DNA of 64,000 nt from the human T2T-CHM13v2.0 reference genome, Homo sapiens. Both the position numbers and the translations under genes were made by a program. The notes beneath the pieces are model-generated. The model was not told the DNA's origin, made no database searches, and saw only the letters and a list, made by a program, of their open reading frames with translations. Of this stretch, positions 44,117 to 55,775 are shown in pieces. Position 1 is the stretch's first letter. Every line of letters begins with the position of its first letter. The stretch lies in NCBI RefSeq assembly GCF_009914755.1, contig NC_060926.1. One strand, written 5' to 3'.

Positions 44117-44251
44117 CAGCAGTAGAATGGAAGGTTTCCCTATCAAGGCCAGTGCAGTGGATAATTTTCTTTTTGTGCCATAACTGCACATAGAGGTAGC
44201 TCTGTCCTTGAAGGGCATCAGGTGAAGTCTCCTAAGGAGTTTATGAACAGT
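44117..44251 (-). CDS. ABCA12: ABCA12 exon 48 (135 nt): TVHKLLRRLHLMPFKDRATSMCSYGTKRKLSTALALIGKPSILLL, ABC signature and start of Walker B
   Basis: tacag|ACT acceptor, CTG|gtaaga donor; KRKLSTA.ALIG.P motif. Confidence 0.96.
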
Positions 44252-45290
44252 CTGTAGGCAATAAAAGGGGAGTTAGGTTGACCTTCCTGTGCCAAAACCC
44301 TTAAAGCACTAAATGGAAAAAAAAAAGATGCTCATGAAAAGAAAATGTTATCATGGAGAATATATCTGGAAAAAAATGAAAACACTTAAATTCAACATAG
44401 ATTTTATTTTCAAAGAATCACTTAAGGATTAATAGTTTATTTAAAGAGATTCTTTGGAGGCTCATTTTCAGATGGGATTCCCTCCCCCACCAAACGTGTG
44501 TGTGTGTTTACAATTGCAGATTGAACTTTTTGCTGCATTACCACAAGATTCTCTAGTAAGGCTTAATAGAGCTGAAACAGAATTCACAAGACAGGATTCT
44601 CACTGACTGTTACCCCTGCGTCCTCTTTCTCCTTACTGAGGGGTGAGTTGTCACAAAGGCTTTCAATCTATTTAAAACTGACCCAGTACCAAAACGTTAG
44701 CACATTAGGAATCATGGGTTCTTGCAGTTATTTCTGAAGTTAAATAGTCCTGGCAAATAATGAAATCCTAGTTGAATTTAAACAACAGGTCCTCAGGATT
44801 TCAAAAGTAGAAGAAACTGCCCTAAGGGTCAGCCATCTCATTAAAATGGCAAATAGTTGCAGTGAGATCTAAAGCCACAGATTAAAAACCAAAGTGGAAA
44901 CGAATCTATTTTACTTGGGCATTTTGCCGTTAACTGTATGTGTCAGTGCTAATCCAAACACTAAAAGATGTATAGGCCTCACCACCCAGTGCTCAGCCCA
45001 GAGCCTAATGCAAGTGTGATCCTGTATTTGACAGTTCTTAAAAGGGTAACTGAACAAACACGGGCCAAGGAGTTTCTAAAGCTAATTTCATAGGTGCATA
45101 TATAATGCACATGACCAAACTAAGAGGGACTCACTGCCATTGCCACTGCCAGAAGGAAAATGACAATGTTTTCCAGGTGGTTTTGAGGGGAAATGGTGGG
45201 GCAGGGGGGACAGTGGGTGTGGTGGGGTGGGGGATGGAAGTAGAAACAATAATGGTTTCAAATTAAGTAATTTTTCACACTTGTACTCAC

Positions 45291-45432
45291 TTCTTTAATA
45301 TCCTTTTCTGGAATTCCATGTACCCTGGCATAGAAATACAAATGTTCTTCCACAGTTACCAGGTCATCTAAGGCATCTTCCTGAGGACAGTAGCCAACTA
45401 ATGAGCTGTGAGAATCAACGTGACCCAGAGAT
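45291..45432 (-). CDS. ABCA12: ABCA12 exon 47 (142 nt): (G)SLGHVDSHSSLVGYCPQEDALDDLVTVEEHLYFYARVHGIPEKDIKE, Q-loop
   Basis: ttcag|A acceptor, GAA|gtgagt donor; GYCPQ.DAL Q-loop motif. Confidence 0.96.
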
Positions 45433-45734
45433 CTGAATTGAGAGAATCAAAAACACAGATGAATTTCAAAAGATTTATCCCTCCTGGTTCCCAAATGCTG
45501 GGAAGGTAGCTCTATTTTGGTCATGGTGGTCAGTGACTTTGATAAAAAGGGATAAAATAATCCCACTATCAAATTCACATTTAAACATTTAAACATTTCC
45601 ACCCACCTTAATAGCTTTGTTCTCCCCTAAGGACTGAATAATATAACCACAAAATAACATTAAATGTTCATTTCAATTATTTTTCTCATTTAAGTATGTT
45701 GTACTCGCTAAATTGAAGCATTAGTTTTTCATAC

Positions 45735-45844
45735 CCGGTCTTATTTCTGATCAGAATGTTTCCACTTGAAGGAATGATGTCTCCTGTCAGCATCTTGAAT
45801 ATAGTGGTCTTTCCTGCTCCATTCACTCCAAGAAGCCCAAAACA
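45735..45844 (-). CDS. ABCA12: ABCA12 exon 46 (110 nt): [36 protein letters not shown](G), Walker A
   Basis: accag|TGT acceptor, CCGG|gtatga donor; P-loop GVNGAGKT. Confidence 0.97.
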
Positions 45845-46052
45845 CTGGTTTGAGGGAGAAAAAGAAGATATAAGCCTTAATCCAAACCAATGAGACATTG
45901 CTTTTGTATCTCTCCCTCTTCTCCCTGGGTGAAATAAATTACCGAGAAAAATAAATCTCTGGAATTATTCATGGATAGTGTAATGCTCTTGATAAAACTT
46001 TCTTTTTTAAAACAAATGGATACCATGTATTCTTTTTCCTTTAACCATCTGA

Positions 46053-46099
<47 letters not shown>
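46053..46099. repeat. (AT)n(AC)n microsatellite in intron 45
   Basis: Uninterrupted dinucleotide runs. Confidence 0.95.
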
Positions 46100-46617
46100 G
46101 GACCTATTTTACATGTTATGTTATATCATCCCTCTATGTGACATGATAAAATACCCCACAAATAAGATCTGCTAACCCAACAAAGTAATTATATTTATAC
46201 ATTTCACATTATTCACACAAAATCACAACTTCACTGAATAAACTATCGCGGCAATAGTTTCTTCGTACTGTCAAATTTGATGCGTGTAGTTTGCAGCTCT
46301 GCTTAGAAAACCAAGTGGCACAGCCAGATTTGCTTTCTCTTTTCAATGCTGCCTTAATATCGCTTCTGTGAAAATGGCAAGAATATAAATAAATAGATGC
46401 AGTCCTAGGACCTCACTTCTGAAAACTGATGTCTTTATGATGTTTTTTGGGGAGGACTGGAAATGAAAGGGTGAAGACAGCACCCTGAACAGGCTTCCTG
46501 ACCAAAGTCTACCCCACAGTAAGTGGACAGTAGTTTAGGAAGGGGCTCAGAACTTGCTGTGTGGTAGGACCTGTTGAATTCCCTCCGCCAAGCGGGAAGA
46601 CTCATAGGGTAAATAAT

Positions 46618-46641
46618 AATAACTTTTGCACCAACCTAATA
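46618..46641. mobile_element. Solo Hsmar1/MADE1 terminal inverted repeat plus TA
   Basis: aataacttttgcaccaacctaa-ta matches the reverse of TTAGGTTGGTGCAAAAGTAATT with one mismatch. Confidence 0.75.
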
Positions 46642-46666
46642 CCTGGACATGTGTAAATTATATATA

Positions 46667-47013
46667 CAGTCAGCCCTCCTTATCCGAGTTTCTAACCTTT
46701 GGATCCAAAGGTTTGATTGAAATATATTCAGGGGGAAAAAATCATCTGTACTGAACATGTACAGACTTCCTGTGTTCTTATTCCCTAAACAATACACGAT
46801 AACAACTATTTACATAGCATTTACATTGCATTGGGTATTATAAGTAATCTAGAGATGATTTAAATATACAGTGGGATGTGCATAGATTATATGCAGTACT
46901 ACAGTACTACATTATTTTATATCAGGGACTTGAGCATCTGTGGATTTCTGTGGATTTTGATATCCTTGGGGGTCCTGGAACCAATCTCCCATGGATATGG
47001 AGGGATGACTCTA
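46667..47013. mobile_element. Tigger3a/MER2-group DNA transposon
   Basis: TIRs cagtcagccctccttatcc / ggatatggagggatgact, with TA flanks. Confidence 0.85.
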
Positions 47014-47077
47014 TATGTGTATACATATATATGTGTATATGTGTGTGTATATATATATATGTGTGTGTATATATATA

Positions 47078-47128
<51 letters not shown>

Positions 47129-47140
47129 ATGTGTGTATAT
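47012..47140. repeat. (TA)n/(TG)n compound microsatellite with a pure (TG)~19 run
   Basis: Directly visible; pure run ~47080-47118. Confidence 0.95.
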
Positions 47141-47207
47141 TTTCCCATGGAAATATTCAGATTAACATTTATATTTCTAGAAAAAAATTGTGGGAAAATA
47201 ATTAAGA

Positions 47208-47539
<332 letters not shown>

Positions 47540-47576
47540 TGAAAAGGACAGTTAGAAACAAAACACAGTTTCTTAC

Positions 47577-47781
47577 CTCTCCAGCAGGTATCCCAATGCT
47601 GATGTTGTTTACAGCTATAATCTTTTTGTGGATAAGTTGGTAGGTCTTTGTGAGACAATAAAGTTGGACCAAGTCAAATTCAGCTGCACCACTCTCAACT
47701 CTTAATCTCTCAGCCCGCACATCTTCATCCTCATCTATTGTCTCCCTTACATGTGAAGAATTAAATTTTCTGAAGAAAAGC
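47577..47781 (-). CDS. ABCA12: ABCA12 exon 45 (205 nt): (R)LFFRKFNSSHVRETIDEDEDVRAERLRV...AVNNISIGIPAGE, start of NBD2
   Basis: tttag|G acceptor, GAG|gtaaga donor; DEDEDV..ER.RV and LTK.Y ABCA motifs. Confidence 0.96.
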
Positions 47782-48177
47782 CTAAAAATGGACCCAGTGA
47801 TTTTACGTCAATGATTTTGAAATGACAGCATTCAATTTTGACATGTTTTGATGGGTTTTCATGTCACTAACAGTGTACTAGTCATCATTAGACTTCTTTT
47901 ACATTTGTAATGAATTATGCTACTCAGATAACTTAAATCAGTATAGACCCTCCTCACTGTATTCACTATATTTGTGAAACAGCTTTTGTTCTCCATGCCT
48001 TAAATGTTTACAGATCCACTGTTAAGATTTATAATTCTAATTTCAGTAATAAGGAATACAGTAAGTATATGTTTGAAGGTTAGTTCCTAACAGAGGAACT
48101 AAGGAACTCCAGAATCATTAGGAAAACTCATCATCTACAAACCTAAGACCAATGATCACCTTTTAAAAAAATCCTTT

Positions 48178-48471
<294 letters not shown>

Positions 48472-48623
48472 TCAATTAAATTTAAAAAGCCTCTCTTCTT
48501 TTTAATTTTAGAAACAGCATAAGATCTACCCTTTTAACAAAATTTTAAGTGCATAATACAGTATTGTTAACTATAGGCACAATATTGTACCGCAGATATA
48601 TCTACTTTTATAATCATCAATAA

Positions 48624-49215
<592 letters not shown>

Positions 49216-50550
49216 TAACACCCTATCGTGGATTATTTTCTGCCTAGTCCTATAGGCTTTTATTCTTCTCACCTAGATTTCTCCAGGAGCTAAAACTGCT
49301 CCAGGGTCTCTGACTCTTCCATTCCAATCTGCACTCCATCTACAAAATTACACTTCTTCAAGCACAACTTGATCATGTTTCTCTCTGTTCAAAAACTCTC
49401 AATGAATGTCCATTTGTTTGTTGAATAAAGCCCAAACCATATTTCTTTACCAAGCATTTAAGAGATTCCATAATCTCCCAACCACATGTTAAACTGTAAC
49501 TCCTACTTTTTCATTACATTTATTCTGTTCTGATTAAATTGTAATACTTCTTTCTTAAATATGCTCTTAATATATTTCTCTATCTCTGCTCTTTTATTTC
49601 CTCTCATTGTTTACTTAACATTGTATTTTTCAATAGGTGATACATGTACATGTCATTAAAATTTAAATGGTACCGAAGATGACAGTAAAAACTGGTCATC
49701 TTCAACTGTATATATCTCTCATCAGCAGAGGCACTCACAATTAGAGATAGTCTATGGATATGTCTGCATAAATATTTCTTTTCTTTTTAACTTGAATGGC
49801 AATATACTTTACACATAGTTCTGAACCTTGCATTTTTAAATAAGTAAATATTAAAGACACTTCCAAATGTTACATAGAGAACTATATCATTTTTTCTAAT
49901 GGCTGTTTAATGTTCTATTAGTGAATCTATGTATATAATTAAACTAGTCCCTAAATGAAGGACGTTTATGTTGTTTCTATTCTTTTGGTATTAGAAATGG
50001 TTACCATGATGAATAACTTTAAACATACATAAGTAAGTCTGTGTATCTGTGACCATATATGCAAACATTCCAGAAATGGAATTGCTGGGTCAATGGCATG
50101 TGTATTTCTTCTCATTTATGATGCTGTCTTCACTTTTTCTTAATCTTCTTTTCCCAAACTCATTGCCAACATGCTCCACACTCAATCCTCTTTCCCCATT
50201 TCTGCCTTGAAAGTGTTTTCCATTTTCCCAAACTCAACTCAAAGACTACATCTTTTGTTCATTTACATATTTTCACTTCACCACTGTACCTTAATCTATT
50301 TAAGGTTAACAACTGTGCTTATTTAATTTTATTCCCTCACTCAACAGCAATAGTTGCAGTCACATATTAAGATTTGATAACTACTTACTAGAATAAAATA
50401 AATAGTGAATTATGCTAGAATTTTTTAAAAGTTTTTGAGCCAAACATTTCCATATTACCAATGGAAAAGCTTAGACTATTGACTTCTTTCTCAATAGGTT
50501 GAATTGAGTTCTGTTTTAGATGTCAAACGTTATGTTTTCATTATATTTAC

Positions 50551-50804
50551 CTGAGTTTCTTTATCAGGGATTCGTTGATTAAGAGTCGCAAGGAAAAAAA
50601 CATGGTGCCCTGAGAAACCAAAGCCACAAACATTGCACCTAGTTTATTCATCTCAAAGGTTTCATTTGGGTATTCCACTCCATATGCTTTTAAGAAGTCT
50701 AGGACCGACTGTTGTTGAGAAAGTTCAATCAAACCGTAGCCAAAACAGAATTGTGGGAAAATCAGGAAAATGCGCTTGAGGGTTTCAGAAATAAGTTCTA
50801 AAGT
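50551..50804 (-). CDS. ABCA12: ABCA12 exon 44 (254 nt): TLELISETLKRIFLIFPQFCFGYGLIEL...FFSLRLLINESLIKKL(R), end of TMD2
   Basis: ttcag|ACT acceptor, CTCAG|gtaaat donor; FLIFP.FC.G.GLI ABCA motif. Confidence 0.96.
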
Positions 50805-51898
50805 CTGAAATAAGAGAAATAAAAATAAAACTCAGTGTTAAGTTTCCAAAAAGCTGACAAAAATTTAAAACTAGATGGATGTAGACAAATAGTGAAACCT
50901 AAAAAGCTTATCTAGATTGGCAATTATTTCCCATATAGGCTGAATTTGCATACAAATATTTAGTATACTAAATGGTGGATGTTTATCACTGAAATACAAG
51001 CAGAAAATCATTATATGAGGCCACCTATAATGTTGGACCTAATCCTGGAGGCAAAATTATTTCTAGACCTACCTTTAATCCCAGGAATGTAGGGCTAGCC
51101 AGTGTGTTGGGGTCTGTTACACGGTATCATTATGTGCCTGAGGGAGGGAGGTACTTGGTACAGTAAAGTTTTGGAACCCAAGGTAATCCCTACTTGGAGA
51201 GGGACTAAAATGCTGAAATGAGGTAGAAGAAGAGCCAACATGTCTCGAAGAGGGACAAATAGCTCATTTTCACATTATTCACACGTGGGCCAACTACTTC
51301 CACTTCATGAATTTTCTTCCTTCTCCCAGAGTATGCTTGTCTAGTCCTCAGTTCACTTCATTTCCTCTCTATTCTTTTCTGTTCAATTGCCTGACACTGT
51401 TAGTGCTTCTCTTCTCACTAATCGTAATTGTCAGCTCTGAATGGAAAGTGATGCTTACAATGAAGTAGTCTCCAATACATGATTGAAAGGGGATGAATTA
51501 GGTTTTTTCTCTATGAATGTTCAAATGAATCAAAGCTCACAGTCATATAACTAAGTCGTTGTCCTTGTCACCACCATACCATAAGAACTTGTTAATGAGT
51601 AAGATGTTTAGCTGACCAATGGTTGCGTGATTTATGTAGTGCCGCACAATACATCTGATTTCACCTCTGTCACCACATTCAAGCCCTATCAGGTGTCAAT
51701 AGTTTTGACGCTCAATACATACAATGATAGGCATTAACTTAGATGAGGCCCAAAAAGAATTTTAAAAGCTGTAGTTTCTCCTCTCCCAAATTTAATAGAA
51801 TCAAATGATATTCTTCTTTTTTATGTAGAATAAATAAAATCTTTCCACCTGGAACATGTTGAAGCTTTTGATAAATTCACTGAAATAAGGGACCTTAC

Positions 51899-52058
51899 CG
51901 GATCATTAGGCTTTTCCTTGGAAAGAAAGTATACCACTGACAGGGAAACAATGGAATTAATGCCAAAAAACAAGTTGACACAGACGTAAGTGATGAAGGC
52001 CATTCCTGTTTCATGGAAGAGCCCAGCCAGCAAGTACATCCAGGAAAATGTTGCATAC
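51899..52058 (-). CDS. ABCA12: ABCA12 exon 43 (160 nt): (G)YATFSWMYLLAGLFHETGMAFITYVCVNLFFGINSIVSLSVVYFLSKEKPNDP, TMD2
   Basis: tgcag|G acceptor, CCG|gtaagg donor; overlaps track ORF 51821..52075. Confidence 0.96.
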
Positions 52059-52096
52059 CTGCAGGTTAAAAACACAAAGAATTAAAATTACGCCTC

Positions 52097-52368
52097 GGCC
52101 AGGCATGGTGGCTCACACCTGTAATCCTAACACTTTAGGAGGCTGAGGCAGGTGGATCACTTGAGCCCAGGAGTTTGAGACCAGCCTGAGCAACTTGGCA
52201 AAACCCTGTCTCTACAGAAAAATATGAAAATCAGCCAGGTGCGGTGGCACGCACCTGTAGCCCTGGTTATTTGGGAGGCTGAGGTCGGAGGATCAAGCTG
52301 TGGTGAGCTGTGATCATGCCACTGCACTCCAGCCTGGGTGACAGAGTGAGATCCTGTCTCAGAAAAGA
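52097..52368 (+). mobile_element. AluJ in intron 42, antisense to ABCA12, ending 38 nt before exon 43
   Basis: J-type Alu with a right-arm internal deletion. Confidence 0.92.
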
Positions 52369-53359
52369 AATGCCTTAATTATTCTATTTTACAAAAAATA
52401 ACAATTTAGATGGGCTTCCAAAGTAAAAATAACCATTAGGGATGAGTTGTCAAGCCTTCTAACTAGATCTCTCTTTCATTCCTTTTTGACAAAAAAAATC
52501 CAAAGAGTTTTTTTTAAAGACAGTAAAAAGCCTCTTTAAGAAACCTTGAGTAGTTCTACATCATTAAAACTACAAATTAATCCCTCCTGAATATGGTATT
52601 ATCCCGCCTAGGCAAGCCTTTTAGGTTGCTCAGAAATATGAGTTTAATCAGTATAAATCTTATAATTTAAAGTTGAGGAAAAGTAATGACACTGTTCAAG
52701 TCTAGCTGAGCAGAAAGAGCATGCTTAGAAGCTGGCTAGCCTGTTTTGAGCAAAACCTTGAGCAATTTGGGGGGCAATTAAATAGATCTAGAGACAGAGT
52801 TCCTGCATTAGCTACAATTGCTAATTAAGGGTTACTACCATGTATTCAGGGCAGAAAGATTTGTTATGCTAAGCATTGATTATATCAGCCTGTGTTACCT
52901 GTATTAGCTTAAGATAGAAACAATATTATGTGTGTGTCCTTATACATCTATAAAAAGATAAATATAAGTAAGTATACATGAAGGTATATGCACTTCATAA
53001 TGCTACATATACTCATATAGTCAATACATAAATTTATACATGTATACACATTTTCTCATCATTCTAAAGCTTTCATTTTTATGTAAATGAGATCACATAT
53101 GTAAATTAGAAAGCATGACACTTGGCACCCAATAAATGCTTATTAATTTTAGGTATTACTATTAATAACAACATTAATTTTCAAAAGTATTATACTTTGC
53201 AGTCTATGGACTAGCAAGTGCAATGTGTTGTTAGTCATCACTCATGTCAAATGAAACCCCAAGACAATTGTAATTTAGCTAATGAGATTTAAGTCCTATT
53301 TGTGTCTAGGGGCATTTAATTCTATTAATTCTTCTTTCATTGCTTAATCAGCAGCTTAC

Positions 53360-53475
53360 CCAAACAGGAGAAGTAGGAGAGATACAGCGCCTAGGTTGTT
53401 TTCACTGTAGAATGCAGGTAATTTGAAAATCGCAATGATACCAATTGAAAACGCTACAGGCACCAAGTAGAAAAC
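53360..53475 (-). CDS. ABCA12: ABCA12 exon 42 (116 nt): VFYLVPVAFSIGIIAIFKLPAFYSENNLGAVSLLLLLF(G), TMD2
   Basis: catag|GTT acceptor, TTTGG|gtaagc donor; hydrophobic helices; phase 0 to 2. Confidence 0.95.
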
Positions 53476-54624
53476 CTATGGAAATATTCAAAACAATGTT
53501 TAATACGTGACAAGCATTTTTCAAAAAAAAAAAAATCAATAACCCATCTAGTTTAAAACTGCAACAAGTTGACCTAGAAAAATTTGAAGAAATGAATTCT
53601 TATTTATGTTCCCATTGCTTCTAACATTCAACTTATTTTACATTGATTTCACTTTAGAATTTGTCTCCTGCAATATGAGGTTAAGCCAATCTCCATCTTT
53701 AACAGATATACAAGGAGTCCCTGGTGTTCCTGCCTCTAGGCTTTGAGACTTGGGATGGTTCAGTGACAGAGGTTCAGTGAGAAAGATAAGACAGCCAGGT
53801 ATCTTGGTATTACATTCAGTCCTCAAAGTATTGATTTCGTTTTGAATGCTGGAACTTTCTCAGATGGTTGATTTCTAAAGCTTGGTTATCAGTGTGAACC
53901 ACTCTGTGCAAAGCAGCAGGGCATCAGGTCCCACATATCCTCATAATCACAGGTATACGAACAAAGAACTTAGCATTTTGTTGGCAAGTAGAAATATTTA
54001 TTAAATGCTGAGGAGTTTGCAGGAAGATGGACACAATGAAGGTGGTGGTAACTTAATTTGCAGGGTGGGGAGGAATCTCCTAAATTGGAATGAGCTCCAG
54101 ATATAAGACAACAGAATCCTAAAGTACTAAGTAGACCTTCACAGAAGTATGTACTTGAAATTTTCTTAACATTAAAGCTCCTGTTAAGTCCTGAGAAGTC
54201 ATTACTATTCTTTTAGATTTGACTTCTACAACAAACACATTTTAGACCTCACTGGATACATTAACAAAATGGATATGCAGTTAATTACTCTCCAACCCTT
54301 TAAGCCGATGATCTTGACAGCAACTCAGACAATTTCACCATAATCACCAGGCAAATGCATACCCATCCTGGGCTTTTGGCCAACATTGGTATGTTTGGAG
54401 TCCAGAACAACCATCTGAACTTGGGACCATTTTATGCAAATGAGAGAGCTATCAATGAAATACATCCCTTCTTTTTCCTACTAATCTTCTCTAATGTGTC
54501 ATTAGCAGGGGCTACTACTTCGCATTTTCCACTATTAGTTGATTAAATTTTTATAAGCTTGATTGTTTGGCACAATTACGTAAGGATATTTTGCTGCTAA
54601 GCTTCTATTTCTCCACAGTACTGA

Positions 54625-54800
54625 CTGTAAGACTTCAGCGTGCTTAGAATCACCTGGGGGATCTTTTTAAAAATGCATGTTCTCCACGCTCCCCTCCTAA
54701 GATATGAATTTAACAGATCTGGAGTGAGGCCCAGAAATCCTCATTTTAAGTGCCCTAGAGAATCTGATATAGTCCACAGAGATGAGGGCCGGTAGGTTAT
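54625..54800. mobile_element. MER5A-type DNA transposon fragment
   Basis: 'cttcagcgtgcttagaatcacctggggg...atctggagtgaggcccagaaatc'. Confidence 0.7.
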
Positions 54801-54973
54801 GTTTCCTCCAACCACTGGATGAAGATAAGCCTGACTCAAGTCATTTTCTTTATTTCCTGTCTTTGTGATAACAATTTGAACAAACTAGAGTAAATAACTC
54901 TTGAATAGAAAACTGATGTCTTCTATCCAAATTGATCTTTTATTCCCTGCAATGAAGGACATAAGTTACTCAC

Positions 54974-55151
54974 CATGTCATAAATGAAGTTTGTTACCCA
55001 GTAGCATGTCACGCCAATGCCTGAAATGTGCTGCAACTGTTTGGCTTTGGTTTGATGTTCCCTTACAACATAGGTGACAAAGCTGGCGGTGGTGACAGAG
55101 TAGCCCATCAAGATAGACAGTGCCACTAAAATATCGATTAAACTGCTGATT
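54974..55151 (-). CDS. ABCA12: ABCA12 exon 41 (178 nt): (T)ISSLIDILVALSILMGYSVTTASFVTYVVREHQTKAKQLQHISGIGVTCYWVTNFIYDM, TMD2
   Basis: tctag|A acceptor, ATG|gtgagt donor; ABCA-type E...KAK.LQ.ISG motif; overlaps track ORF 54923..55306. Confidence 0.96.
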
Positions 55152-55720
55152 CTAGAGTGAGCAATAGGGAGAGGAAAACACACATAAGTTTTTGAAACTC
55201 TTTTCCTTTCAGAAAGATTCATAACTAAAACCATCAAGAAAACAGTACAAGAGTTGGCTGTGACACAAATAAGGCATCCTGCAAGGCAGCCAGATAATAT
55301 TTCCAACGTGACTCTACCATGACCCTAGAATAAATGTAGTTCTAGTGCATCTGAATTGACTAGGGATATTTGATAGAAAAACCTCGGTCTCCAACGGTTA
55401 CAGAGTCTATGCAAGGGATATATCATTCTTGAGCATAGGAACCATACTTAATTGCTATGCAGGGAAGTTGAAGTGATGTAGCACTTATCACTTGACTTAT
55501 AAAAGCAGCAAACGCTGTGAGTCTACAGTCAACAAGCTCTACTTGGCAAGCCCACTCTACACCCTTGCAGAAACTTCCTTTGATCCCAGTCAGTGACATA
55601 TTACCAGCCCTTCTAGATTGACATTCATTCAGATACAACTGTGATTTCCAATTACAGCACTTTATACAAAGGCTCAGCTATGTCAAGGAGAAAGTAGTCA
55701 TGCTAGAGATATCTGCTTAC

Positions 55721-55775
55721 GTGGCTTGTTCTTGGTCTTGCACTCCTGGATAAGGATGGCTATACATGATGATGC
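55721..55775 (-). CDS. ABCA12: ABCA12 exon 40 (55 nt): (G)IIMYSHPYPGVQDQEQA(T)
   Basis: tttaag|GCATC acceptor, GCCAC|gtaagc donor; phase 1 to 2 exactly bridges exons 39 and 41; GI...HP motif. Confidence 0.92.
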
